NCBI GenBank assembly: GCA_964035545.1 | Contig: OZ037766.1 | Coordinates: 11,956,722 to 12,020,721 of the forward strand | Direction: 5' to 3' | DNA: 64,000 nt | From: Bugula neritina | Lineage: Eukaryota; Animalia; Bryozoa | Shown: in pieces, positions 39,894 to 52,928 of the stretch | Layout: each line of letters starts with the position of its first letter | Numbering within the stretch: position 1 is the first letter of the stretch | Notes under the pieces: generated by a model | What the model was told of the DNA's origin: nothing | Database searches by the model: none | Seen by the model: the letters and a program-made list of their open reading frames with translations, nothing else | Translations under genes and position numbers: made by a program

Positions 39894-40009
39894 TGTTGAT
39901 GCGTCAGTCTTCAATTTATTTTTACTATTTGTGTTAGATTAGTAGCGCAATTTGTAAAAAAATATAAAATTGTAATTATAAATATTTAAAATCAAAATTA
40001 AATTAAAAT

Positions 40010-41615
40010 ATGAATTCTTGTGTCGGCAGATCATCTTTTCTTAGTATGAAAAGTTGCAAAGCTAATAACATTAATATTTTGACTACTGAAACCACTTTAT
40101 TCTCGCTGACAAGTGTAAGATTTCGAAAAAGGAGAGACCAACCTCGTAGAGCTCCAAGTAAAATTTACTATGTAAGACAACCGACTCCCAAAGATCCAGA
40201 AGAAATGGCGTTCCTCAACACTGAACTGAAACATTATAATACGAAAATGAAATCAATAACGTGAGTCACTACTAGTACTACAAATAGTAATAACTACTGG
40301 ACTTAGTAATTAAGTGTAACTTATTCCTGTGAGTATGATATTAAAATTAAATTTAAAATTAATATTCTATTACTATTACTTATTGGACTTAGTCCAAGTC
40401 AATTAGACATGGTAGTACTATTATATTCAATAAGTTATGGTTTAACTTTATGTTCTTTTTTCAATGTTGTATTTGCAGTTAAATCCAATTCAACTTAGTA
40501 TCATCAGCAAATATCCTTAAAGTTAATGATTAATTGAGCATTGTGATTGTCATTATACTACTATTACTACTAAAAGTGCCTGTTTTGAAAATGCAAATAA
40601 TAAGATAGAAATGTGTCATCTGTTAACACAATAAATTTGCAACATAGATCACTCAATTAGTAAGGCATATTTTTCCATAAATAATAAATATTAAGTGTTG
40701 AATGTGACTTGAGTTAACAAATTAAAATTTCATGTGTCTCATAGACTTGCAGATAATCTCCATTATAATATTCATCTAAAATATTTCGTGACACAAGCTT
40801 ACATGTATCTTTACCTTGATTCTGTTAGAGCATTCCTCCAGTCTCAAAGACGTCCCTTTTCACAAATAGTAAAAGAGCAAAATTCAGCCACAAACCACAA
40901 TCATGATGATTTAGAAAGGGCATTTGAGCTGAATAGAGTGTGGAACGAAAATGTCGCTAAACAGAGGTTGGTACTATTTGGCATGTGCCTAGATGTTGTT
41001 TTTAAATACATTATTTAGTAAAAAAGGTGCCATTTGACTGATCCATTGTATAAATATGTTTGTATCAAGTTTATTCTGTGTGATTTAAGATAACTCATCA
41101 AAACATTTTAGTTTTTGACCAAATAATCATTACAATTGATGAACTTTTATGATCATAGAATTGAAGCTTCACCATGATTGTTCTTATTTTAGGTTTTGAA
41201 TGTAGTGTCCTGTTTAACATAAAATAATATCAGACATTATGTGTAGTTTTCCTGCTCATCTCTGTAGAGCTGCCAGATTGACAGCTGAAGCTTTGGCAGT
41301 ACAGGCAATTAAAGACTCTAAGTTAACAGAGAATATAAAGCGGCTAGAAAAAGAACAAGCTAGAGCTAAAGAACTGCTACAATCCGTTGCTGTAAGTTTG
41401 AGACTGAAACTTCAAATAATGTGTATCTAATAGTATATGCTCAGACTGCTGTTGGGATGTAGATTAACATTTATTGTTGCGTTGTGTTATTGTAGGAACG
41501 ACGCACACAAGCATTTGATATGGACAATTTAGATGAAGAATTAGAGAAATTTTTAGATAGTGAGCCCATTAATCACAACTTTGCTATTACAGCAACTGGT
41601 GAAAAAATTAGATGA
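40010..41615 (+). CDS. MRPS26: Mitochondrial ribosomal protein mS26, 210 aa
   Basis: Exons 40010-40260, 40829-40966, 41268-41391 and 41496-41615 sum to 633 nt. Targeting-peptide-like N-terminus, then RFRK..PRRAPSKIYYVRQP...Y..KMKSI, N..WNE..AKQRAARL, and C-terminal NLDEELEKFLD..NHNFAITATG. Confidence 0.85.
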
Positions 41616-41840
41616 GGGTTGTTATTGTTTTTTAAACTGGTACTAAATATTGTGTTTGGTTATTTTATTGTAATACTAAATTTTTAGTAAAATTATATAT
41701 TTTTCTGTTGAAAAATATGTTTTAGAGTGTATATAAAGTTTTCATATTCGTTAATTCAAGCATTTAGTAACAATAAATGCTAACATTTAAATTGAAGTTT
41801 TACTTTGTGGTTATTTTGAAATATATCAACGAATTGTCAC

Positions 41841-44800
41841 TCAGTTTTGGTCAACATCTTGTGTGAGATCTACTTTTACCATGCTGGTAGCTTCTGTGCC
41901 GCATCCCCTTAAGCCTGCTAAAAATATCTGTGGCTTTGGAACATTAGTATAGCTATCCTTTTTGGTTTGGGTATCTTTCTCCCTGTTAATGTAACAAGAT
42001 GTTGTTATTTATAGATTATACATTAGATGGTACCTGGTGTGTAAATCAATTGTGTGAAGATGCTAAACATTGTATCATAAATAAAGACTTACTTTGGAAG
42101 CCATGTTTGTGCTGTGTTGTCACGACGCATGTTGCTCAACACTGTCTGCATAGAATGTGTAACCTTTGTACGTAGATTTGCCTGTAACAAATGCTTACTT
42201 ATTAAAAAAAATTTGCATTAAAACTGTTCAATATGGTTAAAGCCAACATATTGGCAACAGTAAAGTTTTAACATTACAATAAACTCACCAATTTTATGGC
42301 TTTCCTTCTCAATTCCCATTCATTCCATTCATAGGACTTGACAATGTTTGGTTCTAAGATATGTGTATCTGTTTGAGTGGAACTGTCGCTTTTAGTAATG
42401 GGTTTCTCGATCATCTTTCCTTTTTCTTTTGCCTTTTCATTAAAACAATAGGCATATACGTTTATTATGATTGTTGCTTAGCTTCGATTACTGAAAGGAG
42501 ATTTATGGAAAGTAAATACTTAGTTTCATTTCTCTTTTGTAGCATCTAATCAAAATTTTCTAACTCGCCCTATGCTATGCTACTTAGTGTGAAGAAAGAC
42601 ATTACCTTTACTCTCTACTATTGTTCTCCCAGGTTTAACAGTACAATTTAACTACTAATACTGCAGACAAACTTTGAGTAGTAAACACAGCAACCTACCT
42701 GTGAATAAGGTGTGATGCTGGCAAACTGCTGATGTAATTCGAGTAGTTGAATCAGTTCAGGGCTACGCTTTGCTGCTTCAGCTCCCATTTGAATGTAGCT
42801 AAAATACAAAAACTTATTGGTTTATGTTTTTTAGTTTGTTAGGTAAGAAAATAGACTAAATGTTGACAAAATGGGTAAATTATAGAAGTTGAAACACTTA
42901 CAAATCTATACTAAGGACAAACTCTTTTGCTGCCTCTCTTGATGAAAAAGCATAATAATTGTTTTGATGTCTTAACACCCCAATACTAGGATTAGCCGGA
43001 ATCAGAAGGCGGTCATATCGTACTAAGCTGTAGCCACAGTACCCACGGTATTGTAAAGGGAGGCGATCAAAATTTTTTGTCGTCTCAGGGTAAAGCCACT
43101 CAGTGTTGGGCATTTCCTTTGCATTTATTCTGTCAGTTGTCATATTGACCTAAAAATAATGCTGTGGAAGTCTAACATATATCTAAATGAAATGTAACTT
43201 GCATTATAAAATCTGTGGGTTTAAAATACTATATATTATTGAGATGTTGCGTCTCCCTGGCTTATAATATACATATATAATGTTATTTTGAAAGCTTTAA
43301 ACTCACAACTTTCAAACTCTACATCATATAAGCCATAATTTTACCATTGTACTGAAATCGGTGTATTCAAACTATTTTCTCGCAGTAAAATGTACTCGAT
43401 ATATCAACATCTCTTACCATACTTGGCACAACAATATATGTTCTGCTAAGCCATGGTGATAACTTATTCACAAACTTGATTATAGGATAGGTTAGCAATC
43501 ATATAGTATAACTCTGTGCAACATTAATTGTGAACGTCTTCAAGTAAAACTTGCCTCCTTTATTCTTTCTTCATCTGTTTTTACTGTAAGGTCAGCCAGA
43601 AATGGAGCCAAAATGTCATTTGACAACATTTCCTGGTGTCCTTTTATGAATGGTTCGAGGTTGGCAAGAATGTTGCTGAGTACGGAAAGTAACACCATTT
43701 CATCTTGAAAGCCACTCCAAATTTGGGCAAGGTGTATGAATTGAGGCTAAAACATATTTCGTGTCCACTTTTATTAAAATTATTTTCCTCAGTTTACCTA
43801 ATATACCATTTACAGTGAAATTAAAAAAAAATAAACAACAGTGAAAACATTTGAAATAAAAATTGGTACAACTCAATGCAAATTTTTTTTCATGCAGACA
43901 TTTTGTCCACAATTTACTATTTATGAGTGCCTGTAGCATTATGGAATAGCTTACAAGCTCTCTAAACTATTTGAGACGTAGACCAAACTTATTTGAAACT
44001 AACTGTTGAGATTTAAGAAACACAGCATTCTAGCCATTAGTATAACTGTAATAATGATCATACCTAATACATTTTTCAACAACAAAATACATATTACTAG
44101 GATAATTATTTAACTTGAACATACATAGACTTGGGCAGTAGGCACAGCTGTTTTAGACTGAACTGTAGCTTGGAGTTGTTCCATCCGACCTGCCAACTGC
44201 GACTCGAGCATCTCCACTTGCTGTGCGCATCCAATGACATCATGCTGTAAAGTGAGGTTGTGGATTAAAATTAAGATAACTATCTCAACATACTACTTAT
44301 CAAATAATGAAAATAGAAATTATATAATTAACATAGTGTATATGCTATTATTTGCTAAGTTTTCAATTTACAAAGCATAGAAATAGCAATAATCAAACAA
44401 TTGTTGTAGCGTTTGTGCAATATTTATTTGCATGCTAAAATGTTACTGTATAGATGAATAATAATACAGATAGATAAGAATTATGTACCAGCAACACTCT
44501 TAGAAAAGCTTCATGTTGCCTGGAGTTGATTAGCGATTCTTTCAACAGCTGCACAGATAAGCCAACTGAAGGCTCTCCCCTTTCGTTCTGGCAAATCTTT
44601 TCTAATATAGCGGTGTACCTGTAGGCATCTCTTACTGTACTCTGGATCTCTGAGTCTACATTCTGTGTAGTAGCTGGCACAGCTTCGTTTAAAATTCCAG
44701 GTACTATAAAAATACATTCAAGAGTAATTGCTTGTACAAAGAAATTTGGTAGATAAACTTCTTAAAAAATTAGTTTTACAATAAATAGTATTTCATTTTT

Positions 44801-46353
44801 TGTAGAAGAATATGTTAAATTTTTCTTTGAATCAAAATTAACAGATTGCACATTTTAATGGTATAAAGTTTACAATAATTATTCTTGTCGATAATTAGAC
44901 ATTGCTTAATCATGTAAGCATAGACATGCTCTTACAATCATCAATTCCTTCTCCGCCTTTACCACACTCCTTGTTAAACAGTCTTATTCCAGTCACGATC
45001 ATTGTCAATTCTTGAAGTTGTCTTTCCTTATCTCGCTTGGTCATTGACATAAATGTTCCAAGCTCTGTTTGAGGGAACACACTTTGCAAAGCCGCTAAAA
45101 CATAAATCACCCAAAAATAATTTATTTTAATATCAAGTTTGTTTCAATTAAAATATTCATGCTCAACGATATTTTGCATTGAAAGTAAAAATGTTGACAT
45201 TAAAAAGGTTTTATTATTTATTTGCTATATAACTTAATTTTACGATGTGAAATTGTAAGAAAATAATGTTCCTAGGGAACTGACCAGTAGCTTCCCTGAC
45301 GACAGCTATGTCCGTTGGACTACCTAAGCCAGATCTCAGCAGTACAGCAGACACTATCTTCCTGTACAGACTTTCTAGCTCCTCTCTAGTACGTGCTCTG
45401 CTGTCCGTAATTTCTCTCAGAACTGGCTGGAGACGTGACTCCAGCACTCTTCTATGTTCTTCCAAAAAGTCATCTACATAACAATACACTTATTATACAT
45501 TATATTTATTACATTGTGTTGTCTTCAAGTTTATAAATTTTGTCAACTGAAAACTGATTATTCATATTAGTAAAATAATGACAAAATATAATCTTTAGAA
45601 TATTATTAAAATAGATATAAATTATTAATGCAATAAAACAAATAATTTTAAACAATCTTATGGGTAATGTGATTAGTGCATAATAAACATTTGTTAATAT
45701 TTTATTATGCTAGGCATACATTATTGAAATTTCTATTGTAAGTTGATCAATTTGTACGCATAGAAACGAAATTGAACAGAAGTAAAATAAGCAGTATTTC
45801 TATAGAACCTGAAATTCTGATATTGAAATAGGTAAGTATGGTAGATAAACTAATACTTATGTGAATTTAATAAAATTTACTTACGTCTTCCAGTGTAATT
45901 CATATCAAAGTACACCTGCATTTTAATAGTATCCAAAGAAGGGGATCTTACATTTAGAAGTCTTTCAACACATAACTAAAAACATACAATATAAACAAAT
46001 TGAATAGACAATGTAAAGTTATTATCATATAAAATAAGATTTGTAAATTTGTAGTAAATTTTTAAATATGTTACAAATATATTTTGTAGCAGCTAAAATG
46101 AGTAAAACTATATTTTCCAAACAATCAAAATGTTTTACAAGCTTTTTCTCAAATGACTTACCTTTATCAATTTCTGCACATCATCTTTAGTCAGAGTTCT
46201 ATCAACATTAAACTCATTATTTGGATCAAGTACAACTGCTTTTACCATGAACGCCACAAGAGTCTCAGACACTGCTTGCCCTTTAGCTGCACATTCTGCA
46301 GCTATTTCTCTGATGATATTTTTTATTACACTTTCAGCTTGAGCTCGAGACAT
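41841..46353 (-). CDS. CFAP206: Cilia- and flagella-associated protein 206 (C6orf165), 626 aa
   Basis: 12 exons: 46353-46162, 45975-45885, 45473-45285, 45094-44936, 44703-44489, 44244-44125, 43746-43555, 43149-42902, 42798-42699, 42432-42289, 42181-42093 and 41982-41841. They sum to 1881 nt. Motifs: MSRAQAESVIKNIIREI..VSETLVAFMVKAVVLDP, LDTIKMQVYFDMNY, AALQSVFPQTEL, IVTGIRLFNKECGKGGEGIDD, SPELIQLLEL and YEWNEWELRRKAIKL. Confidence 0.95.
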
Positions 46354-46815
46354 TTTGGAAGCAAGTACCTGCAATAAAATTAAAGAAACATTCGTAAAAA
46401 CTGAGTTATTTTTTTTAAAAGTCAAGTTAATTATACCAATATTGTTACTTGATATAAATAATTAATTTTATATGGCAAACGTATTAGTAAAATCAAAAAG
46501 TAAAAATAGTCTACCCTACACTAACACACATTCAGCGTTCAGCATTGATAGATTTAGAACCCATGATGATGATCATGCATTATGATTACGAAAAAACCTG
46601 AGGTTAGTCTAGTAATAGTAGTAGACAGTAGGAGTAGCACTTATAATACAAAATCAGATGCTATTGGTTTCAGATTTAACTGATGATGCTAATGAGAATT
46701 GTCATTTTTGCACATTACTGTTGTTGACAACTTAGAAATATATGTCAGAAAATCCATTACCTGTTTGTAACACACTTCGAAACTAAAAGTGAAACCAAAA
46801 GTTGTGATTGGATCA

Positions 46816-46829
46816 GTAGCTATAACAAC
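46816..46829. promoter_or_regulatory. RFX X-box upstream of CFAP206
   Basis: GTAGCTATAACAAC matches the invertebrate X-box consensus GTHNYY-AT-RRNAAC. It lies next to an inverted CCAAT (GATTGG, about 46806-46811) and about 55 bp from the donor of a probable non-coding first exon at 46761. Confidence 0.65.
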
Positions 46830-47007
46830 AACGCGCTTTTAATCTTATTTTTACCATAGTAGTTGCACAAATTAAAGATTTACTATACAATTTAATCTTT
46901 TTTGTTATTTTAATTTATTAAAAATTCAATTTGTTGTTCAAGAAAATATTATTAAAAAAATAATCAAACAATTTTCTATCGAATAGAATCATTTGGGATA
47001 AAGTATA

Positions 47008-47016
47008 TCATGTGAC
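47008..47016 (+). promoter_or_regulatory. MiT/TFE (M-box/CLEAR-like) site upstream of V-ATPase subunit e
   Basis: TCATGTGAC, immediately followed by an ETS-like CCGGAT, 130 bp upstream of the ATG. Confidence 0.55.
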
Positions 47017-47137
47017 CGGATGTTTTAAAAACATTGAAGTTCTGTGTGAGTTGAGACTAGTCAAATTATACCTGAACTTGGTTTACTCAGCTGTTGAGAT
47101 TGAAATATAATTATATTAAAAGAAATAAACGCATAAA

Positions 47138-49191
47138 ATGGCAACGAGTAATGATGGAAGCGTGAATATAACTATTCCTTTAGCCGTAATGTCCATAATA
47201 TGTGGTGTAATAGGCTTGGTTATTCCATTTTTAGTGCCCAAAGGACCAAATAGAGGGTAAGCAATTTAGCAAACTTCAAGTTTAAGTTTTAGTTGAACTT
47301 ATACTTCTAGTTATGGCAATAGTTGTGCTATTTATAATATACTTTTATTTTTATTTCAACTGATACTTATAGTTATTAAGTTCTAGCATTTAATTAACTG
47401 AAATAGTAGCTGATCATAGCTGTAATATTGTGGACTTGTAGTACTACTACTACTACTACTAGTAGTACTACTACTAGTTGTTACCTCATAGTCATTATCA
47501 TAATCATTCTGATAGTGACACTCTTACTATTACTATTATTATTACTTTTAGTTATAGTTATAATACTTATACTAATGACAATACTCTAATAGTTTAGCAT
47601 CAAGTTATACTAAAATTAATTTAGTCTTAGATTTAGTATAAAGTTGAAGTAAACTAAAAGTTATCGTTTTTTGCAATTGTTGTGTCACTAAACTATAACT
47701 ATCACTATGGGTCAATGTTTAAGTCATGTAACAGCAATTCCAATAGTTATTAGTATTATTACTATTGCTTAGACTTGTCTTATGGTTATTAATTATTACT
47801 CACCATGGTCATCTGTTAGTGTTAGCATCATGGATTATAAAAGTTATAATTCTTATTAATGTTTGTTATATGAGAAGACAGCCTCTCTCCCCCTACTGTG
47901 AGAATTGCAATCAACATTGCTGTGATGACTAACTAAGCACCAACAGTCATATCTTTATGCTGTCAAACTATAGGTCATGCTCACAGCCTACTAAATTTAT
48001 ACACAAAACTAGAAGCTTCTCTTAAATTTGATAGATTAGACTGTGATTTTTCAGAATATTCTACCTTTACTAAGGTAATGAAACTGAGTCTAAGATTAAT
48101 GAGTTGAAATTTAACTCACAAATTTGTATTGATTCCTACATAAACAAACTAAAACTTGAATTTAATTTAGACTAAGAATTATAAATGTGCTAAATGTAGT
48201 TATTGAAAATGAAGCCACAAAAAGGCTAAGTAATTTTCACCATTTTATTTTGATATAATTTTACATGCAAATCATACAATGGGCAAAATTTTAAAATTTA
48301 ATAATTTTTAGTAGCTATTGGTAATCACAATCCTTATGATTAAATATCCGTGGGCTAAAATTGGCTGAACTGTGAAAGTTAATTTATGAGAGCTGTTTAT
48401 TAGTCCTAATCACTGTTAAATTAAGAAGTCAGTTGACTACTGGTGACAGATGATAACTGGTTTAAAATTGTTCTTCAGTTTTAATATGACCCTTAGTTTA
48501 ATGCAGTTTTTGCAGGCTAACAATTATTATCTTGTGTGCTATGAAACCTGTCTAAGCCACTTTTCCGTGTCTTCTGGACAATGTATAAATAGTTTGATAA
48601 ATTTATGTTTCAGAATTATTCAAGTGATGCTGGTGACTACAGCAGTGTGTTTCTATGTCTTGTAAGTAATATTTATACCTACTCTTGCAATATGATGCAT
48701 GGTTTCTAAAATTCTTAGTGCAGCATAAATTTCACTTCAATGGCTTATTTATCGTGGTAGTGTATTAAATATGGTTGCATAATTCATGTTAAATATTTTG
48801 GTATAGTAAAGTATCTTTGTATCTAGTGTCAATTCTGTTTTCTATCTCTTTGAGAAAAGTAACCAATATGTGAAGAAGTTATCACTAGCTACTTTAATAT
48901 CTAGCATTTACAAGACTCAAGTTATTTTCTTGTCCAGTTCAGGGGTTTGTATGTGTATATACTGTTATGGGGCCAATAGACCTAATCAGGTAGTAAAATG
49001 TATAGCAACTATTATATAGAAAGTTTAGGTAGGCTGATGTAGTAATCGAATTCAGATACATTTTATTTGCAAACTTAATTTTCTTTATTTGTAGCTGGTT
49101 CTGTTGCATACTGGCACAAATGAACCCGTTATTTGGACCAGAGTTGAATAAAGAAGCTATGTACATTGTGGCACAACAGTGGAATAGTTGA
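47138..49191 (+). CDS. ATP6V0E: V-type proton ATPase subunit e, 87 aa
   Basis: Exons 47138-47256, 48614-48661 and 49095-49191 translate as MATSNDGSVNITIPLAVMSIICGVIGLVIPFLVPKGPNRGIIQVMLVTTAVCFYVFWFCCILAQMNPLFGPELNKEAMYIVAQQWNS*. The PKGPNRG and QMNPLFGP signatures are present. The ORF track largely misses it. Confidence 0.95.
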
Positions 49192-50189
49192 ATGAAAAGA
49201 ACTCTACTTCTCTCAAATGGACATTACTATTTTATGTTTCCTGCAATATATAGTCTCCATGTTGTGTGCAATTAGTCAACCGGTAATGCTGGTTACCTGT
49301 TGCTGCCAGCTCGCTCTCTCCGGCTGTTATAAAATATCTGTTGACATTTTAGATAAAGCACATAGGGCTTGCAGTATAAACATGAATTCCAACTCAAACT
49401 ATGTATATATTTGATAAAATATTTTATTTTATTGCATACTAATTATGAATTTTATTTTAGGATTGTATTTATACAATATAAAAGATGCAGACACTCCAAG
49501 TTGCTAATACTGTATTTTCATTGCATTATTTTACATTCATAACATCATAAATAGTGTGCTTTGCAATCATATGTTATAATGCTAAGCATAAATTATACTA
49601 GAATCTTACAAAGCTCTTCATTTTTCGAAATTCTTGTGATGAAAAGGCTGCCTTCTATTTTTGAAATTTGTTGATTACTATAAGTAGGGAGGACACAAAG
49701 CTAAAGTCTCCAGACCCTTAGCCTTCAGTAAAAAGATGATTAAACACAGTTTTAAGGTGTTTGAATAGGCCAAAACATTAATATTTCGACAAATTTAAAG
49801 GCTCTGAAAAGCAGTTGAATGTTTGCAAGCTGCCCTAAGCCATTTGCAACAATTTGGCACATGTTATATAGTGTTGGGTACCAGGTTATGTGCGTTATGA
49901 TGATAATAAATAATGATTTCGGAGTTATCTCCCCCAGGATTCAAACTTCTTATTGAATTATGATGATGATGAACTCTTTATTTGATAAAATAATACACGA
50001 AAGAAAAGAAAATACCTCTATTTGCAGGCAAAGATGAAAGGTTAATATTTTTGAATGTATAAAAAAATACAATCTACAGTATACTTGTTTTCTGTACAAC
50101 AGTTTTTATAAATATTATAAGGTACATATAATATTATTAAATACGGTATGATACTTGAAAATAAAGATTGTATTGAGTATTATAATGAG

Positions 50190-50791
50190 TATATGAGTGT
50201 TATAGCCTGGCCTTGGCTGCCATCTGATCTGGGTAGTTAGAACATCAGTCTTCTAGTGAGGTTCAGGAATGAAATGACTGATTCCCAGTTATCCGTGGAG
50301 GGGTTAGTATGGGCTCTGGCGGCATCATAGTCCGCACACAAGTGCATGTAGTGATATGCTGTTTCTTCTATTAAACAGGTACATACTGGGGTGTATGTAA
50401 GATTTATCCTGTATTGGAAGGAAAGGAGCCTGCTATGACCAGTGAGAAGGTCACATAATGCCCCAACATCTTTTCTCCTGTTGTTCAATGGTAGTGGTTG
50501 GTGGAACAAATGTTCCGGTTCCAGAATAGGGAGCATGCCATATGGGCACATCCCATTTGCGAGCTGTGCATTCCATTGGCGTGTCCATTCATTTTGTATG
50601 CAGTTGGTGATCTTGTGCCTTGTAAGATCTACTGGTTGTAGATCTGTTAACTTAGTTGTCCGATGGACCATTTTCTTTATGTCTGACATGAACTTTAGGG
50701 TAATTGCGCTTCGAGGTGTGTTCGAGAGCATGGATACGTTATCAGTTTTGATCAATCGAATTATAATTGTGGTCTGCATGAAAATACACAA
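50190..50791 (-). mobile_element. 5'-truncated LINE 3' end: post-RNase H region and CCHC zinc knuckle (I/Jockey-like superfamily)
   Basis: Uninterrupted frame 50791-50237 containing W.RQW, RRKDVGALCDLLTGHSRL, VCTCLIEETAYHYMHLC..Y..AR and VISFL..TR, followed by a short 3' UTR with simple-repeat-like sequence. Confidence 0.75.
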
Positions 50792-52928
50792 TTACAATTT
50801 TTGATAATAAAATAATACTTTTGAATTGCTTCAACTCCATAGAAACTTGAACTGCATTTTGTAACACCTGTTGGTAGTAAGCTCAAAGTTAAATTGGGCA
50901 GTTTCAAAATTTGTAAATCGATAACGAGGCACTATTGATAAGTTTATAGACCATAAATTTACAGCATAGAATTTTAAAAGTTGACATTCATTATACAGCT
51001 ATAAACCTACAGCTGTGGCTCGTAATTCTAATTCATCATAAATTTTACTAGTTAGCAGTAATTCCAGTGAAAGATACTTCTTGTGGGGACTCGGCCATGT
51101 TGTATTAACAGATCCAAGCTAAGCAGATGTTTTGCAGTGTTGATGCATCTGCTAGAATAGTTATTATCAATACAAGGAGAGACAATTTCTTACACAATGA
51201 CAAGACATGGTAATATTTAACCTACTTTCATAGAACTGGGTATATGGCTACTCAAATTTTACTACGTACTATATACAGTGTGGAAAATCTGTAGCAAAAG
51301 ATAGATTTAATTTTACTGTTGTTCACAGACCTGCAGGATGTATGCTGGGCCATATTTGTATTTCATTATCAATTCTTTTGGCTGCGAAAACAGCTACTGT
51401 AGCCATTACTATTAAGTACAAGCTGGTGCCTATTAATTTAGTAAGAACCTAACTGCTGTATAAAAACTTATTGCACAAACTATCTTCCTATAGTAGATCT
51501 ATTTGTGGACATTGCTAAATTTATGTTATTTGAAATACACAAATATATGACAAAAGCTGTATGTATACACACTGAGTGTCAAACTACCTGTAATTTAAGT
51601 CTGGCTGCGCCTGATTGGTTTTCTAATGCAGATTTTTTTCTTACCTATATCTATGTAGGCTACACCATAAAATTGATACTTCTTTAATCTAAGCTCACTA
51701 TTAGTTTTAAAATCTTTAGAGTATGGAGTTGTCTGCCACTGCAATTATGACTGTTATATGTAGTTATATACCCCTAATTTATAATATTTCATGTAGATGT
51801 AATTTTTAATAAAGATTTACTGTTGTCTACATAGAACAGCATATCAGCAGGATATTGTATTTGAACTTTAATTTCTTGTTGTTTTGCTGTTTTTGATGGC
51901 GGACAAAATTGTAATTTATTTGAGAAGAAGAGAAAATGGTTTAGCAGATTAATTTTTTGACCAGGGCCTGTATGAAGGTTCATAATAACCATAGGAATAA
52001 TTACTGCATAGCTAATTCACACACAAGTAGATAATATATGCAGCATATGCTGTGTACTATTATAAATATTGTATTTTATACAAATTACCCATACAGTGGT
52101 AAGTGTTGTATCATGATGAATTTTTAGACTTTAGAGTTTAGACTACTTTATTTATTGTATGTTTGACAAGTAAGCATTGCAGCGTTGGCTTAGAAGTGTA
52201 GATAGTAATGTCAGTTTGACAATCATAAGTTGGTCATAGCCAGTAGGCATGATAAAAGTAGAACTGTATCACTATTACTTATGTCTTTTATTCTCAAGGC
52301 TAAAATCAAATTGAACATAATGTAATTTCCAAGTTTTACTTCAATTAGTAAAATTACAAAATAGAAAAGTTAAATATATTAGATTCAAAATTAGTAAGAA
52401 AGGAGGTATAATTGGTGAAAGAAGTAATGTAAATAATAAGTTGATGATTATGGTCTAAACCACACAACTACCTTGCATATTTTATGAACCATTATCTATG
52501 CATAGTAGTGGTTGATCACATTGTTTATAGCACAAAGTACTCGCATTCAATGAGCCATGTGGTTAGCATCCATCAGAATAATATGGTAGGTGTAACATTT
52601 TATTGGTTGACAATACACTAGGCCTATTTTACTACCTAGCTAGGCCTACGAGTTGAATAAGTAGATAGTGGCAGTGGCTGTAGCTGGACAAGCAGCATTG
52701 TGCACAGAGAGGTTGCAAGGTGCTCACAATCCACCATCAGGTGCTGATTATTGAAGTTCACTCTTCACTTTGCTGAAGTCTGGATTGAAGAGTTTATATT
52801 CACTGCAACATATAATATGATATAAGACATTGTATCAAGTGCTTTATGCTGAAGATGCATTCAATATTGCAGTTACTTATCGTTTAGATGAGAATAGACT
52901 ACACTTGGACTAGTGTGACTTCTTTATC

